Positions 37,040 to 50,232 of a DNA stretch of 64,000 nucleotides are shown here, in pieces. The DNA is from Octopus sinensis. Its lineage: Eukaryota. A program made the translations under genes and the position numbers. The notes below the pieces were generated by a model that was not told where the DNA came from, did not search any database, and saw nothing but the letters and a program-made list of their open reading frames with translations. The DNA is taken from positions 19,778,001 through 19,842,000 of the forward strand of contig NC_043006.1 of NCBI RefSeq assembly GCF_006345805.1, in the 5' to 3' direction. Position 1 is the stretch's first letter. Every line of letters starts with the position of its first letter.

Positions 37040-38590
37040 GTTTAATGATAAAATTCATAAATTATAGTCTAATGACAAAACCATTAAATAGTAATTTAGT
37101 TTACTGACAAGGCTAGTAAATAAGTTAGTTTAATAAAAACTAGTAAATAAAGTTAGTTTAAAACAAGACTGGTAAATAATGCTTTATCACAAGATTATTG
37201 AATAGCTTAGTTATATTATAAAACTGGTAAATAAGTTAATTTAGTGACAAGACGATTAAATAATACCTTAACCCTTTTACTGCAGAAAGCAGATGTATCT
37301 ACTAAAAATTCCATTATTCTTAATGGCAGAAAGCAGTTATATATTTCTTTATTGCCCACAAGGGGCCAAACACAGAGGGGACAAACAAAGACAGACAAAG
37401 GGATTAAGTCGATTACATCGACCCCAGTGCATAACTGGTGCTTAATTTATCGACCCCGAAAGGCTGAAAGGCAAAGTCGACCTCGGCGGAATTTGAACTC
37501 AGAACGTAACGGCAGACGAAATACGGCTAAGCATTTTGCCTGGCGTGCTAACGTTTCTGCCAGCTCGCCCAGAAAGCAGTTATATGTACCAATCTACCTT
37601 TTGTTGTGGTAAGTCATGTTTGAAACTATTTTCTGTTGGGATATATCAAGTTTATTGAAGCTAGATAACTTGCAGGAAGTAACAATTGTACTTTTTGGTA
37701 GATATTTAATACTATCACTGAAATAATCATGAAATTTCATTTCACAGTGAAAGGGTTAACCACAAGACTATTAAACAATATTTCATTTAATCAAAAATCT
37801 ATTAAAGTTATTTTAATGACAAAACTATTAAAGTTAGTTTAATGACAGGTTTATTAAACAATGGTTTAATGGAAAGACTATTAAATAATAAGTTTAATGA
37901 CATGATTATTGATTAAGTTAGTTTCATAATAATATTACTAAATAATAGTTTAAGGACAAAACTATTAAATACTATGTTAGGTTGATGACAAGACAATTAA
38001 CAGTTTCATGTTAATTTACTGCCAAAACTATTAAATAGAACATTTAACAACAAGACTATTTAATAAAACATTTAATAGCAGGATTATGAAATAGTTCAAT
38101 TATAAAATTATTAAATAGTCTAATGACAAAACTATGAAATAGTTTAATGACATAAATGTAAACTGGAAAATTTTAACAACAATTTAATAACAAATCAATC
38201 AGTTTAATGGCAAGCCTATTAAATACTTTAATGTTGAAACTATTAATCAGATAGTTTAATGACAAAAGTAGCTCATTGTTAGTTCAATGATAAACATATT
38301 AGATAATTATAGTTTGTCAAAATCATTAAATAATTTGATGACAAAACTAATTAGTTTAATGACAAGAATACAAAAGGGAAAGTTAGCTTCATGACAAAAT
38401 TATTAATTAGTTAGTTAAATGACAACACTAAAAATAATTCATTTAATTAAATGGCTTAAAAAGTGGAAAATTAGTTTAATGACAAGACTGTTAATTAGAT
38501 ACCTAAATGATAAAAACTATTAAATAGTTAGTTTAATGACAAACTACTATATAATCAGTTTAATAAGAATATTAAACAATTTGATGGAAA
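37040..38590. repeat. Degenerate AT-rich minisatellite, consensus about AGTTTAATGACAAAACTATTAAAT(AGTT), interrupted by a SINE
   Basis: tagtttaatgacaa and actattaaata recur every ~24-30 nt. Confidence 0.8.
37343..37570 (-). mobile_element. tRNA-derived SINE S2 with 16-bp target-site duplication
   Basis: cagaaagcagttatat at 37327-37342 and 37570-37585; head gcgagctggcagaaacgttagc...gagttcaaattcc. Confidence 0.9.
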
Positions 38591-38819
38591 GACAATTGAA
38601 TTAAATATAACAGAGGCTAGTAAAACATCTAGATTTAAGCATACATGAAACACAATAGATGAGTTAGTACTAAACATAATATAGTGAGCAAAACCTTTTA
38701 ATTAATTAAAAACACCCTTGCAATGACTACAAGGACACACTGGGTACACAGCTCATGCTAATCAAATTTTCCCTCTGCCTTCATTAGATTTATTGAACAC
38801 AAGTCATCTATCATTATCA

Positions 38820-39490
38820 TCAGTAACATGCCAAAAGAGACAGTGAAGCTTGGTGCAGTCCTCTGACTTGCCACTTCCTGTCAAACCATCAAAATGGGTG
38901 AAAGCGTGCACAAGCAAAAGTTACAGCAGGGAAGACAGACGTTAAATGATGATGTTCCATGCTAACATAGATAAGACAGTTTGACAGGATCTCAGAGGCT
39001 TGCATTGTCCTCCAATGCCTGTTTTGCCATGGTTTTCCGGGGCTGGATACCCTTCCTAACATCAATCACTTCACAGTGTGTACTGGGTGCTTAGTTTCAT
39101 GGCATCAGCACTAGTGAGGTCACTATGCACTTTTGCAATGACTAAAATCCCTTTGAACTGGGTGGGGTTACAGTAGAGAGGGAGATAGCATTATGCAATG
39201 AGAAGAAAGGTTAACGTAGAAAAAGTAGGACCTGAACAAAACAGGTCTCTTGTTGTAGAGGAGCTATATGGCTACCCATGTTATAAAAGAGAGGGTGGGC
39301 ATGATCAAAACGGAGGTGGAAGGAGATATAGGAATAGTAATGAGGTGTCAGGGTGGACCCTCAAGCTACAAAGGTGAGTAGAAGTGAGTGAGAGTCACGG
39401 AAACAGGAAGGTAGAGGTTACAAGTGTGTACAGTAGAGTGAGTGATGGTTGGAGATGGGGGGGGGGATTAATAAGCAAGTTGAATGTAAT
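38820..39490 (-). mobile_element. Degenerate RTE-type 3' region(s)
   Basis: ggctggatacccttcctaacatcaatcacttcacagtgtgtactgggtgc resembles the RTE tail family in reverse. Confidence 0.55.
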
Positions 39491-39498
39491 TGTGGTGT

Positions 39499-39677
39499 CG
39501 GTGGAGAGGACGACAGATGAGGGGAGGGCGGAATTAGGGCTTGCAGGGCACATGCGCGGTAGGAGGCGGAAGCGGCGAGCGACGACGCACGTGTGGCATC
39601 GACGAAGCAGCAGTTGCAGCTGACACGAGGAAGGGACGAGACGTATCGAGAGAGATCTAATCTTCGCCGAGGTAAGA
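39499..39677 (+). promoter_or_regulatory. CpG cluster with promoter-like motifs and a plus-strand splice donor
   Basis: 20 CpG in ~172 bp; GGGCGG at 39526, GCACATGCGC at 39548, GCGGAAG at 39566, CACGTG at 39588, GAG|GTAAGA at 39671/39672. Confidence 0.4.
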
Positions 39678-39930
39678 CCTGATTATATTTCCTTTCTCCT
39701 TTTTCTGTTGTCCTCTTTCATCATTCACACCACAGTAATGAAAAACAGGCATTAAAAGATAAGTAGGGAAGATAGATGAGAGTAGGGGACAAGCATAAGT
39801 TTGCTTCTCCTCACTACAAGGGGTAATTTTAATTATTATTTCTTAGTTCATTCACTATGTCAGTTATGTTAGCACTCAATCAGTTTATTAGTTTAACAAC
39901 AAAAGTATCAAATGAAAAAATTAGTTTAAC

Positions 39931-40065
39931 CTGTAATATATATTTATCCTTGGCCTCTTCTGTTTTTTGGTTTACCCCATCATTTAACAATACATCTATA
40001 TCTTTTTCTTTCATCTGCAGAACGAGATCTCTTAGTTTTTTCCAACGCCACTCTGAAGATGATAG
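39931..40065 (-). CDS. Internal coding exon (135 nt, phase 0 to 0) of the same gene
   Basis: Acceptor tttctttctctttag and donor CAG|gttaaa. Reads LSSSEWRWKKLRDLVLQMKEKDIDVLLNDGVNQKTEEAKDKYILQ. Confidence 0.8.
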
Positions 40066-40489
40066 CTAAAGAGAAAGAAAGATACAGAAAAGGAGAAATA
40101 ATGGAATGGAATTCAAGTGGTAAATTCTGGTAAAAGAACAAAAATGTGTTTTGTTGGTTCTTATTGTAGTGCAATGCAGCTGTGGGTAACCTAGTTGCAA
40201 AACATTAGTGTTACATCAGTGGAGAAAGTTAGGTCACACGCAATACTGAAAACAAAATGGAAAGAGTGAATTTTAAAAAAAAGCTTTCTATTGGTCAGAT
40301 TCCAAGGAAACACAACGCAAAAGCCATGGGTACAACCTTGTTGCACAAATAAAAAAGAAGATGGAAAAAAAAGGGAACTTAAATATTATTCCCTCAAAAG
40401 GAAAAAAATATAACACGAGTAAATTTTCAAATTTTTGATTAATTATATTAATAAACTCTATTTTTGACTTCCATCACAAGCAAATTATT

Positions 40490-41136
40490 ATTGATACAAA
40501 GATAAATATATATATATATATATATATATACGTACAAATATATATGTATATACACATATACATGCGTATACATATACATACATGCACATACATATATATA
40601 TACATATTTATATATATAAATGTATATACATATATATATATACATGCATATACATATATATGCACATGAAAACAGACACACACACACATATATAAATACA
40701 TATATATATAGACGATTATATATATTTATATACATATATATATGTATATATATATCCAATTACACACACACACACACATATATATACACTTATATATATA
40801 TTAATATCTATATATATATGTGCATATATATGAATATATTTATATATTTATATTTACATACATACATATATATGTACACAATAGCTGTGTATATATATGT
40901 ACACAATAGCTGTATATCCATATATATATATGTATATATATCTATATATATATAATATATATCTATGTATATATATATTTACATATATACAAATATAAAT
41001 GTATATATATATGTATATATATACACATATATATCTATATGCATATATATATGTATATATATATATACATATATATCTATATGTATATATATGTATATAT
41101 ATATGGAAATATATACATATACATATATATGTATAC

Positions 41137-41187
<51 letters not shown>

Positions 41188-41858
41188 GATATATATATGG
41201 AAATATATACATATACATATATATGTATACATATGTATATATATATATATATATATGTATGTATATATATATGGAAATATATACATATACATATATATGT
41301 ATATATATGTATGTATATATATAGATGGAAATATATACATATACATATATAAGTATATACATATATATGTATATATATATATATGGAAATATATACATAT
41401 ACATATATAAGTATATACATATATATGTATATATATACATATATATGTATATATATGTATATACATATATATATAATTGCAGCGTGGAAGGTGTTTGTAA
41501 GCCATTTAAGAAACACACAAAAGCCGTTCGATTCACTTCAACATTTAAGTTTAATTTGTCAAAATATTTTCATCGCTAAAATCCGCGACCTGTTCACTGA
41601 CAAAAATCCGTGCTGCAAGATCATCAGCATAGTCTGTCGTTTACAAAACACAATTTCTAGAACTAGATACAGGGTAATTTCTGATCTCAGCGCGCCAAAG
41701 TGAAGGCATTTGAAATATACACATAAATACAGACATACATTATATATATACATATATATAAATAGATTGTATATATATATATTCATATATATAAATAGAC
41801 TGTATATATATATATTCATATATATAAATAGATTATATATATACATATATATAAATAG

Positions 41859-41897
<39 letters not shown>

Positions 41898-41926
41898 GAT
41901 TTTATATATATATATATATATAATAG

Positions 41927-41965
<39 letters not shown>
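40490..41965. repeat. Compound TA-rich microsatellite/minisatellite with an embedded unclassified ~240-bp sequence (41478-41715)
   Basis: Directly visible; higher-order units such as ATGGAAATATATACATATACATATAT and TATAAATAGATT. Confidence 0.9.
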
Positions 41966-41967
<2 letters not shown>

Positions 41968-42600
41968 CCAAGGCTGGGACCACTGGCCATACGTCCCCTG
42001 CCCAATTCAGTATCACAACATAAAGGTACACTGCGATATAATTTCTTTTCTTCAACAGGCCCTACCCTGTTTAACATTGTCCCAAAATTGATCAAAGAAG
42101 AAAAGTATCCCATCACCCTTAAACGGAGTCTGGACAGTTTTCTCATCCCAATTACTGGGACCGCCTTAAAGCCTTGAAACTCTACTCTTTCCAGGGCCAC
42201 TGCGAGTCGTACATCATTTGTATGATGTGGAAAATATACTGACAGCATTGCCCAAACAACCTGAACATTAGTTTCAAGGTTCATCCGAGGCTGGAACCAC
42301 GGGCAATACGTCCCCTGCCCAATTCAGGATCACAACATATAGGTACACTGCGACATAATTTCTTTTCTTCAACAGGCCCTGCCCTGCCCTGTATAACATT
42401 GTCCCAAAACTGATCAAAGAGGAAAAGGATCCCATCACCTTTAAAAAGAGTCTGGATAGTTTTCTTCAAGGAATACCAGAGAAGCCACCCATACATGGAT
42501 ACAGCTCACTCAACAAGAACTCACCACTTGAATGGACCATAAACAAAACTTGACTTCAAAAGTATTTAGATAATCCTATCAGGTGGTGCTATTAAGTTAG
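41968..42600 (+). mobile_element. CR1/L2-group LINE 3' end: a short copy (41968-42152) followed by a longer copy (42153-42600)
   Basis: [27 protein letters not shown]...[57 protein letters not shown]. Confidence 0.8.
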
Positions 42601-42811
42601 ACATCGCCTGGACCAATCTTTGGTCAAAACATATCTAAGTTTATATATATATACACACATACAGCTTATATATATATATATTTTACACATATATACAAAC
42701 ATATATGCACATATATATATACATATACATATATACATATATATATACATATATATACATATATATATACATATATATACACATATATATACATATATAT
42801 ACACATGTATA

Positions 42812-42859
<48 letters not shown>

Positions 42860-42889
42860 TATATACATATATATATACATATATAATAA

Positions 42890-43065
42890 TAATAATAATA
42901 ATTGTGTACAGTGCTCAGGTGCACTACAACTCATCTAAAGTGTATATATAATCAGGTGTAGTTTCGGCGGATTTCGGAAAGCATGAGGGCCTTAAAAGAT
43001 GCAGTGTCATGGCAGTCAACAACTGACCGCAGGCAGTTTATTCCATGCTTCAGAGCACTATGAGC
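42890..43065 (-). mobile_element. CR1 LINE 3' fragment
   Basis: Reverse of gtgcacctgagcactgtacacaat plus (TTA)n; same family as 59527-60412. Confidence 0.75.
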
Positions 43066-43146
43066 ATATATTATACACACACATATATACATATATATAT
43101 AATACTATATTATATTTACATATATATATATTACATTTATATACCG

Positions 43147-43184
<38 letters not shown>

Positions 43185-43671
43185 CATATAATATATATAT
43201 ACACATATAATACATATATATTTATGCATGTATATATACATACAGATTATATATGTATTATACATATAGATATATATATATATACATACATATATATTTA
43301 TGCATAGATATATATATATAATATATATATACTCATACATATATATTATGCATATTATATATATATATATATACATACATATATATTTATGCATATATAT
43401 ATATATATATAACATACAATATATATTAATGCATATATATATAGATATATATATATATTACATACATATATATTTATGCATATATATATTAATATATATA
43501 TATATAATATAATATATATATAACATCATATATATTTATGCATATATATATATAATATATACATATATATTTATGCATATATATATATATATATATACAT
43601 ACATATATATTTATGCATATATATATATATATATATAATATATATATATATACATACATATATATTTATGC

Positions 43672-43727
<56 letters not shown>

Positions 43728-43739
43728 CATATATATTTA

Positions 43740-43774
<35 letters not shown>

Positions 43775-43788
43775 CATATATTTTATGC

Positions 43789-43819
<31 letters not shown>

Positions 43820-43874
43820 CATATATATTTATGCATAATATATATATATATATAATATACATACATATATTTTA

Positions 43875-43934
<60 letters not shown>

Positions 43935-44234
43935 CATATATATTTATGCATATATATATATATATATCTATATACATATAATATTTATGCATATATATAT
44001 ATATATATTATACATACATATATATTTATGCATATAATATATATATATACACACATATATATTTATGCATATATATATATATATATATATACATACATTA
44101 TATTTATGCATATATATATATATATATATACATACATATATATTTATGCATATATATATATATATATATTACATACATATATATTTATGCATATATATAT
44201 ATTATATAATATACATACAATATATTTATGCATC

Positions 44235-44266
<32 letters not shown>

Positions 44267-44424
44267 ACATCATATATATTTAATACATATATATATTTTA
44301 TGCATATAATATATTTATGCATATAATATATATATATCTATATATACTATATTATACAATATATATATACATATATATAGACATATATATAATATACATA
44401 TATATATACATATTATATATATAC

Positions 44425-44455
<31 letters not shown>

Positions 44456-44477
44456 CAATCATATATATATATTACCA

Positions 44478-44509
<32 letters not shown>

Positions 44510-44640
44510 CATATATTATATATACATATATATATATATACATATATAATATACATTATATATACATATTATATATATATATATATATACAATATATAAT
44601 ATATATATATATATATTATATTATATATATATATATATAA
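43065..44640. repeat. Large TA-rich array with a recurring CATACATATATATTTATGCA(TA)n unit
   Basis: Directly visible; the unit recurs many times between 43560 and 44320. Confidence 0.95.
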
Positions 44641-47230
44641 ACAAAAAAACAACAATACGAGGTCGTGGTACATGTATAGTATTTGCAGATACTCAGGGAA
44701 GGAAAGAAAGATGGTTTAATGTTTCGAGCAATGCTCTTCTTCAGTAACAGAGGTAAGTGCAATAGAAAGGAAGATGGAGAAAGAAAATCGCCAAGGATTC
44801 ACATGTGGTTACATTTTGAAATGACTGGATTGGGTGAAGAAAAAGTTCTTCCTAAGACAGGAGAGTATAAGAGATGGGGTATGTATGTGTCTGTGTGTGT
44901 AATAGCATGTGTGTGCGCGTATGTGTGTATGTGTTGTGTGTGTGTTGTTTGTGTAGTGTTGGCTGTTTATATATGTATGTGTGAGTGTACTTTGTGTCTC
45001 TTAATGTTGTAAGAAGAATTCTGCAGCATGGTAACAGGAGTGGTGGTCTTTTGTGTAGTTGTGTGTCTCTTCACATGTGTTGAGAGGAATGGTCAGTAGA
45101 AAGGTGTTTGACTGGCAGTTTGAAGTATGTGTGTGCATGTCTGTGTATGTATATGTTGTGTGTGTGTGTGTGTGTGTTTTGTGTGTAGTGTATGCATGCA
45201 TCTATGTGTATGCATGTGTGTTTGTGTGTGTGCATGGAATTGTGTGTGTGGAGTATATGTGCATTTCTGTGTGTATGCATGTGGAGTATATTTGCATTCC
45301 TGTGTGTGTGTGTGCATGTGTGTCTGTGTGGGTGTATGTGCGTGTGTGCACATAAATGTGCATGTGTGTATATGCCCATGTATGTGTAATTGTGTGCATG
45401 TATGTATGAGTGTGTTGTATGTGTGGGAGGCATATGTGTATATGTGTGCATGTATGTGTGTGCATGTGTATTGGTGTATGTGTGTGTCCATGTATACATG
45501 GGTATGTATGTGTGTGCATGTATATATGTGTGTGTGTATATACATGTATATGTGTGTGCATATGTGTCATGTGCATATGTGTGTGTGAACATGGGGTTGT
45601 GTGTGTGTGAATGTGGGGTTGTGTGTGTGGCAGTATATGTGCATTCTTGTGCTTGTATGCACATGCATATGTATGTGCATATAGAGTTGTGTGTACTAGT
45701 GTGCGTATGTGTGCATGTATGTATGTGTGTGTAGGGTTGTGTGTGTTAGATATATGTGCATTCCTGTTCATGTGTGTGTGAGTGTGTTTGCATGTGTGTA
45801 TGTGCATGCATATGTTTGCATGCATGTATGCATGTGTTGTGTTTGTGCAAGTATGTGTGTGTTGTGTGCATATGTGGTGTATGTGGGAAGTATGTGAGGT
45901 GTATGGGCATTGATGCATTCATGTGCATGTATGTGTGTGCATATGTGTGTATGTCTCTGTGTGTGCATGTGTGCATGTATGCGCATGTGTGTATGTGTGT
46001 GGGGGGTTGTGTTATGTGGAAGTATAAGTGCATTCTTGCGTGCATGCACATACATACACCATACATGCAGGCACACATGTGTTGTATATATGTGTGTGGT
46101 GTGTGTTGGATGTATATGTGCATTCAGGAATGTGAGCTTGTGCATGTATATAACTATGTGTGCGTGTATACAGAAATACATTAGAATATAAATATAGATC
46201 AACAAATAAAGGGCGGAAAAAAGGAAAGTGTACAAGATGTAAAAAAAATCATAAAAAATAACAGATCCAAGATAAACAAATAAAAAAATAGAACAATAAA
46301 AATTAAAGGGTTAAAATAGAAATTAATACAATTATAAAAAAAAATGATGCAATTAAAAAGTTAAACAATTCGATGGAAAGAAAATGATAAAAAATTGAGA
46401 AAATTGTAACAGTGTAAAAAATTAGGTGGGATAAAAGCAGGAGGATAAAATAAAATTAAATAAATTAAATTAAATAAAAAGTTGTTTATTTTAAGGAGTT
46501 TGTAGAGAGAGTCATTAAGAGAAGGAGGTTGTGTTGAGTCCAAGAGGGACTTGTGTTTCTAGACAGAAAATGTAACGCTGTTCTAGGAGGAGTCAGGAGT
46601 GTGTGGATCCATGGTGCAGGGCGAGGACAGAGATGGAGATATTAAAGGTGGAGTGGTTGGCCAAGAAGAAATGACAGGTGGTGGGGGTATTCGTGCATAG
46701 CCGAACATCCCTTAGATGTTCGGTGAACAGGTCAGCCAGCCGGCAGCCCATCTGATCAATGTAGACTTTATTGCAGAGATTACATCTATTGCAATACACA
46801 AGGCTTGAAGAGGTGCAGGAGAAGGAGTTTCTAATGTGAAGAGTGTGGTGGTTGGATCCAGTGAGGGAGGTGGTGGTGGTGATGAAAGGGCAGTGGGAAT
46901 CTAGAGCAAGGGAAGGATCTGAATGGGGCTGGGGGGGGGGGAGAAGTAAGTGCTATAGACCAGCAGATCACATAAGTTATGGGCACATTTAAAGGAGGAC
47001 AAGGGTGGGTTGGGGAAAATGGGGTGGGTGGTGGGTCAAGCTGGAGACAATGGAAAAAACCATAGGATCATGTGACAAAGGGTTAGAATGGAGAAGTGGA
47101 AAAGGAGGGGAAGGGGATGCAGTTAGGGGATTGGTGTGGCGAAGGATCAATTAGACGAGCGCAGGCAAGAGTGGTTTGAACAAGGGTTGAGGGGGTATCC
47201 TCGATGCATGAACAGGTGGGCAAGGTACTG
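44640..47230 (-). mobile_element. Penelope-like element relic (linker, GIY-YIG and 3' repeat) with an internal CA-rich array
   Basis: VYCNRCNLCNKVYIDQMGCRLADLFTEHLRDVRL..CHFFLANHS..ISVLAL..LLLEQRYIFCLETQVPLGLN; hammerhead relic CTGAAGA-A-GAGC-att-GCTC-GAAAC at 44744-44721. Confidence 0.75.
45120..46170. repeat. Degenerate (TG)n/(TGTA)n/(TGCA)n array
   Basis: Directly visible; source of the HT/CV-rich pseudo-ORFs. Confidence 0.95.
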
Positions 47231-47311
47231 GGACTGTATAACATATATATATTATATATATATACAAATATACAATATTATACACACACATATATATATA
47301 TAAATCTACAG

Positions 47312-47348
<37 letters not shown>

Positions 47349-47365
47349 AAGATATATATATATAT

Positions 47366-48193
47366 TATATATATAAACGGCAGTTTGTCTGTCTGTGTGT
47401 CTGTCAGGTTGTACCCTCACCCTGACCACGGCTTTCAACTGATTCTGATGAAACTTGACACACACATAGCCCAAGTCATAATTCAAAACTACCGCAGCGA
47501 AAATTTTTGAAAGTTCCCCCAGTTCTGAAAAGCATTGATAAATTCGACATGGGGTCGAGAATCTAAGCTTCTTATATGCAACACATTTTCTGTTGTAGTT
47601 TTCGCAACTTGCAATCGATTTTCACCAAACTCATGGTGAAGCTTAATGGTACCCTATGAAACCTAATTCTGACGTTAGTTTTCCATGCAATACCTTACCA
47701 TCAGAAAAAATCGATAAAATCATGGCATTTTGGGAAATCGCGTTCAAATTCAAGATGACATATTTTCGACAATATCTTTCACAAATTGGCATGAATTTTT
47801 TTTTAATTCAATTCACAGTGACATCATGTCTGCTCCAAGGAGCTATAGGCCCTTTTTATTCCAATAGGATACTTTATTACTGGAAAAAATCAGTTAATTA
47901 AATCATATGTGGCACACATAGCAAACCGATTTGTGTATTAAACACAAACCACAGACTTTCTAGGGGACGCAACTCGACCTTTTTAACTCTCTTTGGAGGC
48001 GCAATGATGTTTTCATGTTTTCGCCCAAAGGGACAGCTAGGAACATCGTATACACAGAAGTATTCGAGTGAAGAGAAGACATTGCAACCTACACATGCAC
48101 CTTCATTCCCTAAGGGGAAAGGACTAGATTGGGATTAGTCGTTGCCTACTAGGGGCTCTTACATACCCAGGCAACGCCAGGCTATGCTGCTAG
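47366..48193 (+). mobile_element. Longer non-autonomous Helitron variant
   Basis: Same head as 31431, an extra ~375-bp internal module, and a different tail ending cccaggcaacgccaggctatgctgCTAG|T. Confidence 0.8.
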
Positions 48194-48483
48194 TATATAT
48201 ATATATATATATGATATATATATATATAATATAATAAATATATATAATATATATACATATATATATACATATATATATACAAAGATATATCTATATATAT
48301 ACATATATATAATATATATATATACACACATATATATATATATGCTATATTATATATACATATATAGATATATATATACATATATAGATATATATATACA
48401 TATACAGATATATATACATATACATATATATATATACAATATATATATATACACACATATATATGCATATATATATACATATA

Positions 48484-48524
<41 letters not shown>

Positions 48525-49046
48525 TATATATATTATATTTATATATATGTATGTTGTGTATATATATATGTATATATATCTTTATATATATATATATCTT
48601 TGTAGATATGTGTGCGTATATCTGTGTTTGTATGTGCGTGTGTGAAATAACTCTATAAATAATAAATATTACTACGTAAATATTCAGCTAGAAAAAGTCA
48701 AATGTAGGGATCCCACCGTGGCTTTAGCCAAATGACTTAGTCATGCGACTGCATATGCAAGTGCCAGCCTGATAAAATTTGGTGTGCGGAAATCAGCTGT
48801 TGTCCCTTTCAACGATACGTTTATCCAAGGGAAATGCTCCCAACAGGAACAGATGCAGCTTGGCACCAATGCCGTGGCTATCCGAAAGCAAAGATCTATG
48901 ACAGATAACAGATATGCCTCTTCATTTTTTGAGTAATCTGAGGGGTCTGCCATTATTAATTTCTTAAACAAAGATAATACAAAGGTAGTGGTCACAGCAA
49001 GATATTTACTCAAATACTTTACACACCTTGTGTGTGTATGTGTATG

Positions 49047-49081
<35 letters not shown>

Positions 49082-49929
49082 GATATATATATATATAAAC
49101 ACATACATATATATACATATACATATATATATACATACATATGCATACATATATATATATTCATACATATGCATACATATATAGTATATTCATACATACA
49201 CATATATATATAGATATATACATATATTTATATATATATATATATATATAATACAGATATATATTTCATACATTGAAATATATATATAAGCACACATATA
49301 TATCTATATATATATACATATATATACATATATGTATACATATATATATATATATACATATATGTATACATATACATACACATATATATATATACATATA
49401 CATACATATATATAAATGTAGGTACATAAATATAAACATATATATATGTCATCATCATCATCATCATCATCATCGTTTAACGTCCGTTCTCCATGCTAGC
49501 ATGGGTTGGACGGTTCGACCGGAAATCTGGGAAGCCAGAAGGCTGCACCAGGCTCCAGTCTTATCTGGCAATGTTTCTACAGCTGGATACCCTTCCTAAC
49601 GCCAGCCACTCCGTATACATATATGATATATACATATATATATATACATATATATACATATACATACACATACCTATATATATATACAAATATATAAATT
49701 TAACATGCAGTTAAATTGTTATGTACATATGCACATATATATGTATATACATAAATACACATATATATGCATATATAGATACAGATATATAACATACACA
49801 CACACATATATATATATATATATATGCATATATACATATATATATATGTGTATGTATATATATATAGATACAGATATATAACATACACCACACATATATA
49901 TATATATAAATATATATAAATATATATAC

Positions 49930-49967
<38 letters not shown>

Positions 49968-50174
49968 TATATAACATACACACACACATATATATTATAT
50001 AAAATATATAAATATATATACATATATATATATATATATATTAATATATTATATATATATAATATAATATATATATTAAATGAAGTACAGAAAGACAATT
50101 GACAAACTACAAAATGTTTACATTATAATATAATATAAATAGATATATACATATATGTGATGATGATGATGACA

Positions 50175-50220
<46 letters not shown>
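48194..50220. repeat. TA-rich arrays with an embedded unclassified sequence (48640-49020) and a truncated RTE tail (49450-49615, minus)
   Basis: Directly visible; the RTE tail is near-identical to 23575. Confidence 0.85.
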
Positions 50221-50223
<3 letters not shown>

Positions 50224-50232
50224 TACATATCA

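Noticed and set aside
40215-40250. Strong minus-strand acceptor (ctctttccattttgttttcag) just upstream of exon 40065
   Set aside because: Two frames stop quickly and the only donor giving a compatible phase is weak; not supportable without RNA data.
44721-44750. Hammerhead at the 3' end of the 44640-47230 PLE as an active ribozyme
   Set aside because: Core and stem II are present, but stem III is broken (ACAU instead of ACGU) and stem I pairs poorly; kept only as evidence for the PLE.
48741-48960. Minus-strand ORF MADPSDYSKNEEAYLLSVIDLCF... as a host exon or small gene
   Set aside because: No convincing splice sites in phase with the host gene and no recognisable motif; it is embedded in TA arrays like other repeat fragments.
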